From NCBI GenBank assembly GCA_951406725.2, contig OX597814.1, positions 18,228,001 through 18,292,000 on the forward strand: DNA of 64,000 nucleotides, written 5' to 3'. The position numbers and the translations under genes are program-made. Below the pieces are notes generated by a model, which worked only from the letters and a program-made list of their open reading frames with translations, was not told where the DNA came from and did no database searches. Below, piece after piece: positions 27,687 through 42,424 of this stretch; the first letter of the stretch is position 1, and the number at the start of each line of letters is the position of its first letter. The stretch is from Octopus vulgaris (Eukaryota).

Positions 27687-28813
27687 AACAATCAATCGGT
27701 AAGTTATTAAGTCGGTGATTTGAACATCACCACCTCTGCTAGACCTTGCAGAGATGACTTCCTTTCAGCCCACTTCTGAGTGAGACCGGCCACCCCTCTT
27801 CCAGCCACGTTCCGATTCCTGACAACATGGAGGTCCGTACCAAACCAGAAGTCGAGCAATTTCACTGGTCCGTCTTTTCATCGATCTACTACCCTGTTCG
27901 CGCTGCAACTCACTGACTTTTTCAGATTTATCTATGCCCCTGACATTGCTTTGCATTACATTAGAATCGAATCAATTACCTGAACTTATGTAGTGTCTAA
28001 CATCATGACCGTGATGTTACCTGCATACGCCAATGCAGCTCTTCCGCATCCCAGTTCAACGGGATGCCACCTCAGGACTTCTAGCTTCTACAGCAAAGGC
28101 TTCATCGTCAGAAAATGATAGATTGCGATGGATGCAGGGCGCGATATGAACCAGTTCTGAGAGGTGGCCGTTTACCTTCAACACCAAACAAGTGTCACTG
28201 TGAATTGTTGAGTTGCAGCCACTGAAAACTGGTCTAAAAACGATTCATCCAGTACAAAGAGTTTTATGAAGGGGACACTAGACGTGTGATAATGCATAAT
28301 TATACATAATTATACAAGAATTTTGGTACCAAAATATGCATATTAAATAATTATCTATTATCAAAAAGAAATAAAATGCAGAAATAGACATTCGCGCACG
28401 CACGCGCACAAGCATATACGCATCTGTTTATTCCAGACTGGGGTATATTTCGAAGACCATTTTAGAAAAAAATATGTACTGAGTCATGAATAAATTTACT
28501 GAATAAATTAATGTGTATTGCATTAAATAACATATTTTCATCAACTAATGAAACCTAGAAGGGTACTTATTATTTGTCCATTTGTCGTACCTCAGTCGTT
28601 TAAATGTTCGGTATCGTGAAACACTTTGGTTTTAAGAAAGTTCATGTGTAAAATGTAAATGAAAAAACAGTAGTAATTTATGTATTGAGGAATTTTTATA
28701 AAGACATATATATATCTATCAGTGTGTCAGCGTGCCCGTGTCTCTGTATGTACATATGTATATATGTATGTATCTAATTGTTTTGAGATATATATATATA
28801 TTTATTATTTATT

Positions 28814-29063
28814 CATGCGCCTTTTTAAAGCCTAGCCAGGCTCATGGGGCCAGTTGCCCGGTTTCTGTGACGTATGTGTTCCCCCCAACTGGATGGAACG
28901 CCAGTCCATCGCAGCGTTACTCATTTTTGTCAGCTGAGTGGACTGGAGCAACGTGAAACTAAGTGTATTGCTCAAGAACACAACGTGTCGTTCGGTCCTG
29001 GAATCGAAACCACAATCTTGCGATCATGATGCTGACACCCTAACCACTAAGCCACGCGCCTCC
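28814..29063 (-). mobile_element. SINE family D (tRNA head, CORE-like ttcttgagcaa segment)
   Basis: Minus strand ggaggcgcgtggcttagtggttagggtgtcagc...ggtttcgattccaggacc...ctgcgatggactggcg...; homologous to 45201-45401. Confidence 0.88.
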
Positions 29064-29071
29064 ACTCACAG

Positions 29072-29125
<54 letters not shown>

Positions 29126-29197
29126 GTGTGTATAGATAAATATATAGATAGATAAATAGAGACATACATACATACATGCATATATAATCACACACAC

Positions 29198-29231
<34 letters not shown>

Positions 29232-29782
29232 GTATGTATGTATGTCTGATTTATGTATGTATGTATGTATGTATGTATATATGTATGTATGTAAGTATGT
29301 ATATATGTATGTATGGATATGAATTATATCAATATAGAATTTTTGCTGCCAGACATACTTTCACTTCGAGTCAATCGAGCGAACTTCCTCTATGCTACTC
29401 TAACTCCATTAGCACAATTGGTCAACAAGCGAAGAATTCTAATGATTGCTATTTATTAATTATTACTACATACTAATTCGGTCAATTTTTTTTTTAGCTT
29501 AATTACGATCGTTGTTATTGCTGTTGTTGTCGTCATCATCATCATCATCATCATCATCATCGTCATCATCATCATCATCATCATCATCATCGTCATCGTC
29601 ATAATCATCATCGTCGTCGTCGTCGTCGTTCTCATTGTTGTTGATCTTGTTCTTGTTATTCGATTTCGTCTTTCATTCTTTCGGAGTCGATAAAATAAGT
29701 AACTGTTGAACTCTGGTCTCTATGTGATCAACAACTACCCCAACACCACAAGATTTTAAGCCTTGTGCTTATAGAAAATGGG

Positions 29783-29849
<67 letters not shown>

Positions 29850-29864
29850 AAGAATATTTTTTAA

Positions 29865-29965
<101 letters not shown>

Positions 29966-29995
29966 ATAATAGTAGTAGTGGTAGTGGTAGTAGTG

Positions 29996-30068
<73 letters not shown>

Positions 30069-30069
<1 letters not shown>

Positions 30070-30439
30070 TTCATGTACACTCAACGGATTAGACTGTTGG
30101 AAAAGAAAAACAATCCTAATATCGGGCTACAACAAGTAACCTTAGATGCCAAGAACCCTCCTAAGTATCCTAGCTCGGTCTAATAATACTGTTTTCTGGA
30201 GCTGTACTAAACTGGATTTGATGCCTATTTCCTCTATCTATCCGTTCAGATCTTCAGGGATAGTTCCCACTGCACCTATAACTACTGGGATACATTTTAC
30301 CCGCACTTTCCATGATCTCTGTATGTTTTTCAATAGCTATGTCCTGGTACTTTGCTATTTTTTCTATAATTCTCATATTAAATTTTTCATCATTTTTGGA
30401 CTGCAAAGTCAATTATCTGGCACTTTCTATTCTCTTTAT

Positions 30440-30512
<73 letters not shown>

Positions 30513-32100
30513 CAATTCAGGCCTTTTAGCTTCTATTACTCTGTCAGTCTGACTGTCAAAGCCCCACGACATTTTATATTTCTAACTTTCAAGTACTTTA
30601 CTAGGTTCATGTTCATACCATTTATCAGTATGTTTAAATCCTAGCTTTCTGCATGATTCCCAGTGGATTACTCTCTCTGGATTGTCACGTCTTTTCTTGT
30701 ATTCTTTCTGTGCCAGCATGCAACATTCACTCACTATATGAGTAACGCTTTCCTCTTTTGATTTGCATAATCTACAATGAGAATCTACTTGGTTTTTGTC
30801 TTTCTTGACTTTTATCCAATTAGCTCCTCACGCTTGATCTTGTGCACCTAGAAACAAACTTTCTGTCTCTCTCTTCCACTTTCCCTCCGTTAATGCAATT
30901 TTGAAGTTGTTCCCTCAGTACCTATGTAAACTACTGAATTTCTTTAGCCAGTACCCTTGAACTAAATCTGGTCCTGGTTCCTTACAATTCAACATTTTCC
31001 CTTACACTTTATTTATTAATACACTAGTTAATTTTAGATCTGCTTCTCACTCACGACTTACTCCCTCACTTTCTTTAACCATACTGCATCTCCATTATCC
31101 CAAATATTACTCCAGAACTTTCTAACTTCCTTTCCATTTTGCTTCTCATCTTCAGTACTTCGTTCTTCACTATATATTTGGTTATAAAGCTCCTCTGGTC
31201 TCTTCTGTTGATACTGATTTATTTTTTCTGATATCTGGAGAGCTTGCCTGCTACTGCTGTGATACTGTATCATCTCTTCTACTATTGTCCCAAATACTTT
31301 CTCTTTGACTAAGTATCTTTTCTCGAGGGAAGATTTGCATCTTTTTCTCGAGAAAAATCATCTCGAGGGAAGATTTGTATGTGTTTCCTAATTTGTTCAG
31401 TTTCCAGGTTTCTATTCTACTCAGATCTTGTCTTAAAGTCTTCACTTTATTTTGTAGTCTCCTTTTCCACATTTGCTCTGTTTTGTCTTTCCCTGTGAGG
31501 TATCTAATCTTCTAGTGACTACTAGCCCTCCTGCATAGATCAATAAGTTAGTATCTCCTATAGCTTTAATATATATATCCTTCTCATATACTACTTTTCT
31601 AGTCATTTCTAGCAACTTCCTTCCGTTGGTGTCTTTTAATGCCGGAAATCTTTTCTTACTTCTTTACTCATTACTTCCTGCAGCTCATCTAAAATCTTCT
31701 GATCTTCCTCACTTAACTCACTTAAGTCATTGGTGCCAGTTATTCCTTCCTTATTGGTAGCATTATTATAATTTTTTCCTCTAGGTTCTTCCTTGTTTTG
31801 AGCTGTATCTCTTATGTTGTTCTTTGTCTTTTCTTACTGCTTGGTCTTTCTTTCCCAGTTCTCTTGTGATCTCCTCTACCTCCAATTCTGTCATCCACTT
31901 TCTTCTCGTATTAGCATTAGCTCAAGCAACTAATCTCTGCTCAGTCACTTTAAACATACCGTACTCTATCCAAAATGTTAACATCCGTTTCTATAGCCCC
32001 TGCTTTTGGGTTCACTTTCTAAGAAGCACTGCAAGACTATCCTGTTTTCTTATCTGGTCCATTTCCTCCTCCTTTCTCTATTATCTGCTGGTGCTGTATT
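30069..32100 (-). mobile_element. Decayed R4/Dong-like non-LTR retrotransposon (restriction-like endonuclease), RT core largely deleted
   Basis: Minus strand: VTEQRL..KWMTELEVEEI; WKRRLQNKVKTLRQDLSRIE; PGPDLVQGYWLKKF; ETESLFLGAQDQ; CRLCKSKEESVTHIVSEC (CCHC knuckle); RPEL(V)nDKENRKCQIIDFAV; QLQKTVLLDRARILRRVLGI*; short 3'UTR running into (ACT)n. Confidence 0.88.
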
Positions 32101-32704
32101 AGGATAACAGCTGGCCAGTCTGCATCTTTACTGAGCCACATTAAGACCTTCCCTTAATGTTCCAGCTTCATTTTCGCTATTACAACCAGAGTTCATCGTT
32201 AACTCCTCTCTCTCATAATCTGAGGTAAGGTGTACTTTCTTCACCATTGTCATCGCCACTATTATTTTTCGACATCTGAATGTTTCAGGCAACTTTCTAT
32301 TGCATCATTTGTTGCACCTTTGTGCTGGTGGGTGGTGTGTGATGCATTTTGGGGGGATGGAGGATATTGTATTGTAATATTTTGCCATGGGGTTTGGTTT
32401 GAGTCTTCTGTTGTATTAGTTTTTGCATTGCGTTGTTTGGTGCAGCGCAGGTTGTGTTCTTCTGTCGGCTATTGGCGTTCTCTGGCACATGTGGGTTTTA
32501 TTAACAGTATGAGTTTATTCTTGTATGTCTTTTGGTGGGTGTTGCATTGTAGTGTAAGTAAAAAATCAACTATTTCATAGTATATATGATTACCTGTCCA
32601 CCTTTCTTTCTCTTGGGTGAGCGTCCTATTAATAATCTGCATGTACCACATTTTCGCATAGTTGTTTTTTCTCCATTTTTAAAATTAATTATATGTATGT
32701 GTGC

Positions 32705-32822
<118 letters not shown>

Positions 32823-32860
32823 ATATATAAATTTATATGTAGAGAAATAGTTTAAAACAA

Positions 32861-32892
<32 letters not shown>

Positions 32893-33479
32893 TTGTGTGT
32901 GTGTGTTCGCGCGCGTGTGTGTATATGTATGTATATAGAAACAGACCTTCACACTTGCATACACAATTGCATTTTTGACGAATTTTAAGAGGTAATATAT
33001 CAAATAAAAAGACGCCTGGAATTCGAATGTTTTGGTATATCCTATATTCTGGTAGAATACCAATTGAAAAATAATATTACCGAATCACAACGCGAGATGA
33101 AAACAGTTAAGTTGCAAAACAAGACTAATTTGAGTGCTATCTATAGCGACGTTCACGCCTCAATTTGGCACTGAAAATTTTGCTAAGTCACAAAAACCCT
33201 CAGGTAGAATTCGGATGTAAGATAATTATGTGAATCTCAAGTGGCTGACTCAAATTTTGTTTCCAGCTTTAGTTTAAGGTATCCGAATCTTACGTTCCTG
33301 TAACCCGGTATGTATATATGTATACAAACGCTCGAAAACACACGCTCGCACGCACACACACGCACACACACAGACACATGCACACACGCACATGCATACT
33401 CTTAGATACACACATAGATATGTATATATGTGTGTGGGGTGTATGTATGGAAGAAACCCATAGTTTATATATATATATC

Positions 33480-33883
33480 TCTTTTACTGTCTTTTACTTG
33501 TTTCAGTCATTTGACTGCGGCCATGCTGGAGCACCGCCTTTAGTCGAGCAAATCGACCCTGGGACTTATTCTTTGTAAGCCCAGTACTTATTCTATCGGC
33601 CCTTTTTGCCAAACCGCTAAGTGACGGGGACGTAAACACACAAGCATCGGTTGTCAAGCAATACTAGGGGGACAAACACAGGCACACAAGCACACACACA
33701 TATATACATATATATACATATATACGACAGGCTTCTTTCAGTTTCCGTCTACCAAATCCACTCACAAGGTATTGGTCGGCCAGGGGCTATAGAAGACACT
33801 TGCCCAAGGTGCCACGCAGTGGGACTGAACCCGGAACCATATGGTTGGTTAGCAAGCTACTTACCACACAGCCACTTCTGCAC
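33480..33883 (-). mobile_element. SINE family B, full length
   Basis: Reverse complement of family B including the internal microsatellite. Confidence 0.92.
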
Positions 33884-33884
33884 C

Positions 33885-33997
<113 letters not shown>

Positions 33998-34009
33998 GTA
34001 TGTCACTGC

Positions 34010-34190
34010 TTGTCTCCCCACTATCGCTTGACAACCGATGTTGGTGTATTTACGTCCTCGGTTCAGCAAAAGAGTACGATAGAATAAGTACTAAGCTTCC
34101 GAAGAAGTCCTGGGGTCGATTTCTTCGACTAAATGCGGTACTCCAGCAATGTGGCAGTCGAATGACTGAAACGAGTAACCGAATAAAAGA
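34010..34190 (+). mobile_element. SINE family B, 3' half
   Basis: tcgcttgacaaccgatgttggtg...gcggtactccagcaatgtggcagtcgaatgactgaaac. Confidence 0.8.
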
Positions 34191-34550
34191 AAAAAAGAAT
34201 ATATGCATATACAGCTGTCTATAACTGTTCCTATCATGTGCGTGTGTGTGTGTGTGTGTCTCTGTGTGTGTGTGTGTGTATGTGTGTGTGTGGCTGTGTG
34301 TATGTGCACGCGTACGTACGTGCCTGTGTATGCGTGAGATGGAGAGAAGGAGAGAAAGATCTAAAGATATTGGTGATCGGTTTCTTGGAAAAGAGGAACA
34401 AACTGTATCATAAGAAGATGAAACATGAAAATGAAAGAGAACAAGATGCAGATATGCATGTATGTGTGTTTATGTATACATATGCTTACATGCACACACA
34501 CACGCACGCACCTATATATATACATGTATGTGTATATATATATATATATG

Positions 34551-34781
34551 GGCAGCGGGCTGGCAGAAACGTTAGCACGTCGGGCGAAATGCGTAGCCGT
34601 ATTTCGTCTGCCGCTACGTTCTGAGTTCAAATTTTGCCGAGGTCGACTTTGCCTTTCATCCTTTCGGGGTCGATAAATAAAGTACCAGTTTCGCACTGGG
34701 GTCGATGTAATCGACTTAATCCCTTTGTCTCTCTTTGTTTGTCCCCTCTATGTTTAGCTCCTTGTGGGTAGTAAAGAAATA
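34551..34781 (+). mobile_element. SINE family C monomer
   Basis: ggcagcgggctggcagaaacgttagcacg...cttgtgggtagtaaagaaata. Confidence 0.92.
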
Positions 34782-35438
34782 TATACATGTATGTATGTAT
34801 GTGTGTGTCTGTGTGTGTGTGTGTGCGTGTGTGTGCGTGTGTGTGTGTGTGTTGTTGTTGTTGTTGTTGTTCTGAATGATTCAGTTTCCAGAAAGGCGTA
34901 ACCTGTTCAAACGCGCTCCTTATTCCTTTCTCCAGACAACGTTTGCTCTTCAGTTTTCTTCTCTTTCCTACTTGTCTTGTTGCTTTTCAACTCACCACAT
35001 ATATTACACACACACACACACACACACGCATACACACATACACACACGCACGCGCACACACACGCACACACAAACAAAGAAACAAAGAGAAACACACATA
35101 TGTGTGTATTCACAGATTTGTAAAAGTATACAGGTTTATATGCCTGTTATATTCTGTTTTTAATTGTTCGAAACCTTCCTCTGAGGAAGACGCCGATTTC
35201 TAATAATGATACAAAGCTCCATGCTTGGAATATAGATGATTAAATCAAATTCCCTTTTTTAAACTTGAAATATGCGAATTAGCTGGTTGGTGTCTAGTTC
35301 TGAGAAACTTGACTTACATACGTTGCTACATAGATTCTCACAAAATCAAGTGCAGCAATTTTTATTGGTATAAATGTAGATTCCTAATCTACCTTTAGAA
35401 GCAGTTTCTCTTTGACTTTCGAAAAAATATTTACATTA

Positions 35439-35844
35439 GCAGGAGTGGCTGTGTGGTAAGTAGCTTGTTTACCAACCACATGGTTCCGGGTTCAGTCCCA
35501 TTGCGTGGCATCTTGGGCAAGTGTCTTCTGCTATAGCCTCGGGCCGACCAAAGCCTTGTGAGTGGATTTGGTAGACGGAAACTGAAAGAAGCCCGTCGTA
35601 TATATGTATATATATATATAAGTGTGTGTGTGTTTGTGTGTCTGCGATTGTCTCCCTAGCATTGCTTGACAACCGATGCTGGTGTGTTTATGTCCCCGTT
35701 TCTTAGCGGTTCGGCAAAAGAGACCGATAGAATAAGTACTGGGCTTACAAAAGAATAAGTCTCGGGATCGAGTTGCTCGATTTAAGGCGGTGCTCCATCA
35801 TGGCCACAGTCAAATGACTGAAACAAGTAAAAGAGTAAAAGAGT
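35439..35844 (+). mobile_element. SINE family B, full length
   Basis: gcaggagtggctgtgtggtaag...gactgaaacaagtaaaagagtaaaagagt. Confidence 0.92.
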
Positions 35845-36079
35845 AGCTGGGTAGCTGACCTCTACGACGATACAAACATTTTCATGTCTGTCCTAAAGAA
35901 CGGTATCCGGCCTGTTATGTTTGCACTTTGTCGAAGGTTTCCTTGGAATGTTCAACCATTATTCCTTGGTTTTATGTTTATGTACATATTCTATAACAGA
36001 GGTAGTAGCTCTATATTTATTCCAGTGCTGTCTTTTCTCAGTTCACATCTTTACAAACACATGTAGAGTGAGTATATCT

Positions 36080-36287
36080 TATAACGGGAAGCTTTATGAA
36101 AATAGACAAAAGACGAAGGCAGGTTTACGGAAATAAACAAAAGACGACGGCAGGTGGAATACAAACAAACAATTGTATTAGTATGGCGCTCAGGAAATAT
36201 AAATAAAACAAGTCTTTAACGTTTCGAGCCTACGCTCTTCAACAGAAAGATACACAGAGAAAAAACACAGAAAGAAGGAGAGAAAAC
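36080..36287 (-). mobile_element. Penelope pLTR-like fragment containing a minimal hammerhead (36213-36250)
   Basis: Minus strand TCTTT-CTGTTGA-A-GAGC-gtag-GCTC-GAAA-CG-TT-AAAGA: perfect helices I and II, AACGTT palindrome. It interrupts a sequence that is contiguous at 42760-42942. Confidence 0.68.
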
Positions 36288-36716
36288 TGTAAAGGCAGTC
36301 GATCTTCAGACCGAGCGAATAAAACAACGTCTGCTATGAATATTTTTATAACTTGCTGAAACTATTATTCGGTTGCAACTCAGACTGTGCCACGGCTTTG
36401 TAACCGGTTGGAATTTTCGGAAAATATATAGCCATGGGTAACCTATTTTTTTTTTTTTTTTTTTTCGTTTTGGGCTATTTGGGTGTTGCAGGCAGGTCTT
36501 ATTTGAGATGTCAGTCCGGCTGTTTTGGGGATGTACGGAAAATCGTCGAAAACAGGATGCTTTCTAGGCTGATGCTTCAAAGACTCAAGCTGTTGTTCTC
36601 TTCCATTTGCAGCTTATAGATTTCTTTTTGCTATTGTTTTTAGAAGCCTTCTCCAAGAAACTATACAGCATTCAATCTCAAGTTTCTACCTTGTTTATGT
36701 ACGTATGCATGTTACG

Positions 36717-36779
<63 letters not shown>

Positions 36780-36785
36780 CATCTC

Positions 36786-36816
<31 letters not shown>

Positions 36817-37275
36817 GCAGTTCGAAATGCAGTTCGAAAAAGCCCGCCATTTACCGAATATATAATTTATAAACATCTCCATGTGCTTCATTGGAGAGAG
36901 CAGTTGCCTGTTCGACTTCGACAGTGTTGGTCGTTTATTTATGATGTGTTCAGAATCAGTTCTACCGATGAGCATAGACGCAATTTTTTATGCGGTGATT
37001 GCGAAATCACAGGTGATATAGGACTAAATTCATTTTTTAAATGTCTTGCTATGAAAAACTGCATTGGGTATGATTAGTGAAATTTTTGGTAGTAATGACT
37101 TATGTCCCTCTTAGTGTGAGGCATTTATGTGTAATAATGCCCTCTATATAATATAAATTAATATGTTCAAAAAGAAAAATATTATTTTCGAATTTCTTCT
37201 CTTATGTGGTTTTTTACGCTAACTACCTGATAATTTCTTGTTAAGATTCCTTATTAAGAAGTTATCCTTAATTGT

Positions 37276-37357
<82 letters not shown>

Positions 37358-37553
37358 CATATATACACACACATATATATATATATATGTATGTGTATAC
37401 ATATATAGATATAGATAGATATATAGATAAATTGATAGATAGATATATGCATATACATATACATATATATATATATACATGTATGCTTATAAAGTATGTA
37501 TATATGCATGCGTGTATGTACACTCACGCACGCACGCACGCACACACACGCAT

Positions 37554-37643
<90 letters not shown>

Positions 37644-38556
37644 AGACAGACAGACAGACAGCCAGAATGAGAGAGATGTATTTATGCATCTATGTATGTA
37701 TATTTATGTGTATATTGTTCGGTGTGCATCGTTCTTGCTCTAATTCACTTAATGGCGCCAAACTGTTATCCGTAGTTAGAAAAACTGTCTACAATCTTAT
37801 TTTCAGTTCCAAATGTGTCTTAACATGGGCATTGTAAAATGGTTTAACCATTCGCCATTTTGTCAACGCATATTATATAATTAACAGATACCTTTGATGT
37901 TAAGATAGCTAGTTAAACTTACCACACAGGAAGTTGAAAACATAAATAACAAACTAAAATATAAACAATCGCATGCTATCGCATGGAAAGGAAAACAAAA
38001 GCAACGTGGGGCAAATCAAAACAAAATACCTCATAAAATAGCATGTACATAATGGCAGCGTTCATATAGCCGTAACCAATATCTGAGCCGCTAGGATACA
38101 TGCACGGCTCGTATATCCTCCTGCGTATAGAAGAGTCTTTAGGAGAATCAAAGACCCTACTTGACTTATATTGTTATGCTACGGGTGTTTCTGGCCCCAA
38201 GTCAGTCTGATAAAGCGGAAATGTGATGAAAACTTTTTCAAGTAATGGCCATCTTGACTTCCATTTTTTTTTTTTAGATTTCAGGAAAAAATTGTTTCAT
38301 GTCTTTTCTTTCTGGTTCAACGCAACCAGGAGCATAACAACCTGGTATTAGTGTGTCTGTAGCTATTTTCGTTTCACACACACGCATGCGCACATATATA
38401 CACACACACATGCACATATACATACGTACATAATACATAACCTATTTTAAATAGATCAAATACCTTTATTATATTTATAATGTTTTCTTTTTGTTTTTCT
38501 TCTATGATCGATATTTGTGTAGGTGTGTATCTGTGCATATGTGTATTCATGTGTAT

Positions 38557-38957
38557 ACTCTTTTACTTGTTTCAGTCATTTGACTGCGGCCATGCTGGAG
38601 CACCGCCTTTAATCGAGCAACTCGACCCCGGGACTTATTCTTTGTAAGCCCAGTACTTATTCTATCGGTCTCTTTTGCCGAACCGCTAAGTGACGGGGAC
38701 ATAAACACACCAGCATCGATTGTCAAGCAATGCTAGGGGGACAAACACAGACACACAAACATACAGGCACATACATATATATATACATATATACGACGGG
38801 CTTCTTTCAGTTTCCGTCTACCAAATCCACTCACAAAGCTTTGGTCGGCCCGAGGCTATAGTAGGAGACACTCGCCCAAGGTGCCACGCAGTGGGACTGA
38901 ACCCGGAACCATGTGGTTGGTAGGCAAGCTACTTACCACACACCCACTCCTGCGCCT
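38557..38957 (-). mobile_element. SINE family B, full length
   Basis: Reverse complement of family B. Confidence 0.92.
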
Positions 38958-39371
38958 ACGTATGTATAAGAATGTATATATGTATGTGTGTCTGATCGTT
39001 TGTGCATATATATTTTTATATATACGAATATAGGCGTGTGTATATGTTCTTGCAGGATAAGTAGTACATATGCATATATAGATTTGTATAATTGACATTT
39101 AAATAGTACATATGATATTAGTTTCATTCATTAATTATATTCTATAATATTTTATACCAAACTTCGCTTAATTTATCGTATATCTTTGTTGTGATCTCCG
39201 AGTCTAGTTTTTCTTTTCTTCTATCCGAATCTATGGAAGCTCACTTCATCACAATTATTTCTACTTTCTATTTTCCCTTAATTTTCATATATTATCCCTT
39301 TGTATTCCTATTTATCAAGAATGTTATTATTTAGTTTATTAACCCAGCTTAGCCTTATATTTGTGTATATA

Positions 39372-39450
<79 letters not shown>

Positions 39451-39462
39451 ATATACATACAC

Positions 39463-39513
<51 letters not shown>

Positions 39514-39526
39514 GTATGTATGTGTG

Positions 39527-39567
<41 letters not shown>

Positions 39568-39801
39568 GTGTATGTATATATATATATATATATGTATGTA
39601 TGTGTGTATGTATATATGTATGTATGTGTGTATGTATATGTGTGTGTATATATATATATATGTATATGTGTATATATATATATATACATATATATACATA
39701 TGCATATATATATACATATATATATATACATATACACACACATATATATATAGATATATAAATACATACATATATATATATATATATACATATATATATA
39801 A

Positions 39802-39846
<45 letters not shown>

Positions 39847-39847
<1 letters not shown>

Positions 39848-39980
39848 CGGAGCAAACACATAAATGTGAAACAAAGTGGAAAAAAGAGTACTCAAATACC
39901 AGCGGTAGAGTAATATGCTTTATTTGAAGCAGCAGAAAATTCAACAAAACCTGTTACTCTGAGTTTTCCGTTGCCATTCA
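39847..39980 (-). mobile_element. Penelope pLTR-like fragment truncated within its hammerhead
   Basis: Reverse complement matches 42509-42643 (ggcaacg..aaactcagagtaacag...aataaagcatatt...ctccgg). Confidence 0.7.
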
Positions 39981-40461
39981 ATATGTATATATATATATAC
40001 ATATATAAGAAAATAAGGAAGTAGAGGGATAATTCAATTAATAATTATTTATTAATTATAAAATAGGACATCATCTCTGACAGCTGTTTCAATTCAATTG
40101 TTTTAGAAATAAATTAGTATAATTAAAAACATTTTAAAGCTGAATATCACTGGAAGTGGCTAAATATATGCCATTATCTTTTCATGTTCTAGTGTGTTAA
40201 GCGTACGGTTCCAAACAGTTAACTAATAAATGTTATACAGAATGAACATGGTTTGAACCCTACAAAGGGGGAAGAGGTAGCATGTTTATCAAAGTTATTA
40301 TAAAAAATAAATAAATAAAAACACAGAATAGGATATCGTATTAAAACAATATATTTCTCTAGAGAATTAGAAAAAAAGGAATTGTGAAAGTGTTTAGAAG
40401 AATGTAATAGCAGTATATTACAAATAGGTATTAATATTATAGATAAACAGTATTTAAATTT

Positions 40462-40860
40462 GGCTGGGTGGTAATTAGCTTGCTAACCAACCACATGGTT
40501 CCGGGTTCAGTCCCACTGCGTGGCATCTTGGGCAAGTGTCTTCTGCTATAGCCCCGGGCCGACCAATGCCTTGTGAGTGGATTTGGTAGACGGAAACTGA
40601 AAGAAGCCTGTCGTATATATGTATATATATATAAGTGTGTGTGTATATGTTTGTGTGTCTGTGTTTGTACCCCTAGCATTGCTTGACAACCGATGCTGGT
40701 GTGTTTACATCCCCGTCTCTTAGCGGTTCGGCAAAAGGGACCGATAAAATAAGTACTGGGCTTACAAAGAATAAGTCCCGGGGTCGATTTGCTCGACTAA
40801 AGGCGGTGCTCCAGCATGGCCGCAGTCAAATGACTGAAACAAGTAAAAGAGTAAAAGAGT
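40462..40860 (+). mobile_element. SINE family B
   Basis: Family B sequence, slightly 5'-truncated. Confidence 0.92.
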
Positions 40861-41024
40861 TATAAAAGTGCTTTCTTTTAGATGCATTATAGTGTAATAT
40901 AAATATAATAGCGATGAAATAAAAATGCAAGAAGTCTAAAATAAAGTAAAATAATAAAATAACGAACAGCATTGAACAGATTATTGAGTAGACAAGTGAA
41001 AATTTGTTTTTCTGCATGTATAAA

Positions 41025-41653
41025 CATAAAAATAAGGCAACGAGCTTATATACACAAAATTAAGTAATTAATTATAGGCAAAAGACGTGCTAAAATGTTT
41101 TGTACGAAATTAATACCTAAGGTAAAAAGTAACCTAAAATGAATAAGAACTTAAGATTATATAAATTAATGTTAAAGTTAATGAGTATAGGTTATAATTG
41201 TATATGCTCACGCTTAGAAGTTTATTAAGCACAACCAGGCCAAGGATTTCTGAAAGCTATCCAGATACCTCGGCCCGAATGTACTTCTGAACAGGTTGGT
41301 TAATTGCTCCTCAACGTAGCCCAGAGTCTCCCCAGGATATCGTCGCGCTTACCTTTATTATTAATATTATCTCCATCTTCTCACTTGTTTTGTATACTCA
41401 CACACACACACACAGACACACACACAAACACATACACACACAATAATAATATTGATAATAATAATGATAATAATTATAATATATATAAGGGGCAGGAGTG
41501 GCTGTGTGGTAAGTAGCTTGCTAACCAACCACATGGTTCCGGGTTCAGTCCCACTGCGTGGCATCTTGGGCAAGTGTCTTCTGCTATAGCCCCGGGCCGA
41601 CCAATGCCTTGTGAGTGGATTTGGTAGACGGAAACCGAAAGAAGCCTGTCGTA

Positions 41654-41736
<83 letters not shown>

Positions 41737-42420
41737 TTGTGTGTCTGTGTTTGTTCCCCTAGCATTGCTTGACAACCGATGCTGGTGTGTTTATGTCCCT
41801 GTCATTTAGTGGTTCGGCAAAAAGAGACCGATAGAATAAGTACTGGGCTTACAAATAATAAGTCCCGGGGTCGAGTCGCTCGACTAAAGGCGGTGCTCCA
41901 GCATGGCCGCAGTCAAATGACTGAAACAAGTAAAAGAGTAAAGAGTATAAATATAAAAATAAGGCAACACGCTTATATACACAAAATTAAGTAATTAATT
42001 ATAGGCAAAAGACGTGCTAAAATGTTTTGTGCGAAATTAATACCTAAGGTAAAAAGTAACCTAAAATAAATAAGAACTTAAGATTATATAAATTAATGTT
42101 AAAGTTAATTAGTATAGGTTATAATTGTATATGCTCACGCTTAGAAGTTTATTAAGCACAACCAGGCCAAGGATTTCTGAAAGCTATCCAGATACCTCGG
42201 CCCCAATGTACTTCTGAACAGGTTGGTTAATTGCTCCTCAACGTAGCCCAGAGTCTCCCCCATGATATCGTCGCACTTACCTTCATTATTAATATCATCA
42301 CCATCTTCTCACTTGTTTTGTATACTCACACACACACACACGCAGACACACACACAAACACACACACACACACAATAATAATATTAATAATAATGATAAC
42401 AATTATAATATATATATATA
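41025..42420 (+). repeat. Local direct duplication (about 41025-41485 and 41953-42420), each copy preceded by a SINE B
   Basis: ataaaaataaggcaac...cacaaccaggccaaggatttctgaaagctatccagatacctcggccc...tatactcacacac occurs twice with few differences. Confidence 0.92.
41489..41946 (+). mobile_element. SINE family B, full length with expanded internal (TA)n
   Basis: Shares the variants atagccccgggccgaccaatgcc and gaagcctgtcg with 40462-40860. Confidence 0.92.
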
Positions 42421-42424
42421 TATA

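Larger units (their letters stand above)
26585..28225 (-). mobile_element. Decayed Tx1/L1-clade ORF2 fragment interrupted by SINE A and SINE C
   Basis: Minus-strand pieces: KVNGHLSE; ALAYAGNITV (YADD equivalent); DGPVKLLDFWFGTDL; LTQKWAERKSSLQGLAEVV; RLIVVPCSNPHLCKLNHLLFRLRWK; WQCC-like segment near 26600. Confidence 0.72.
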
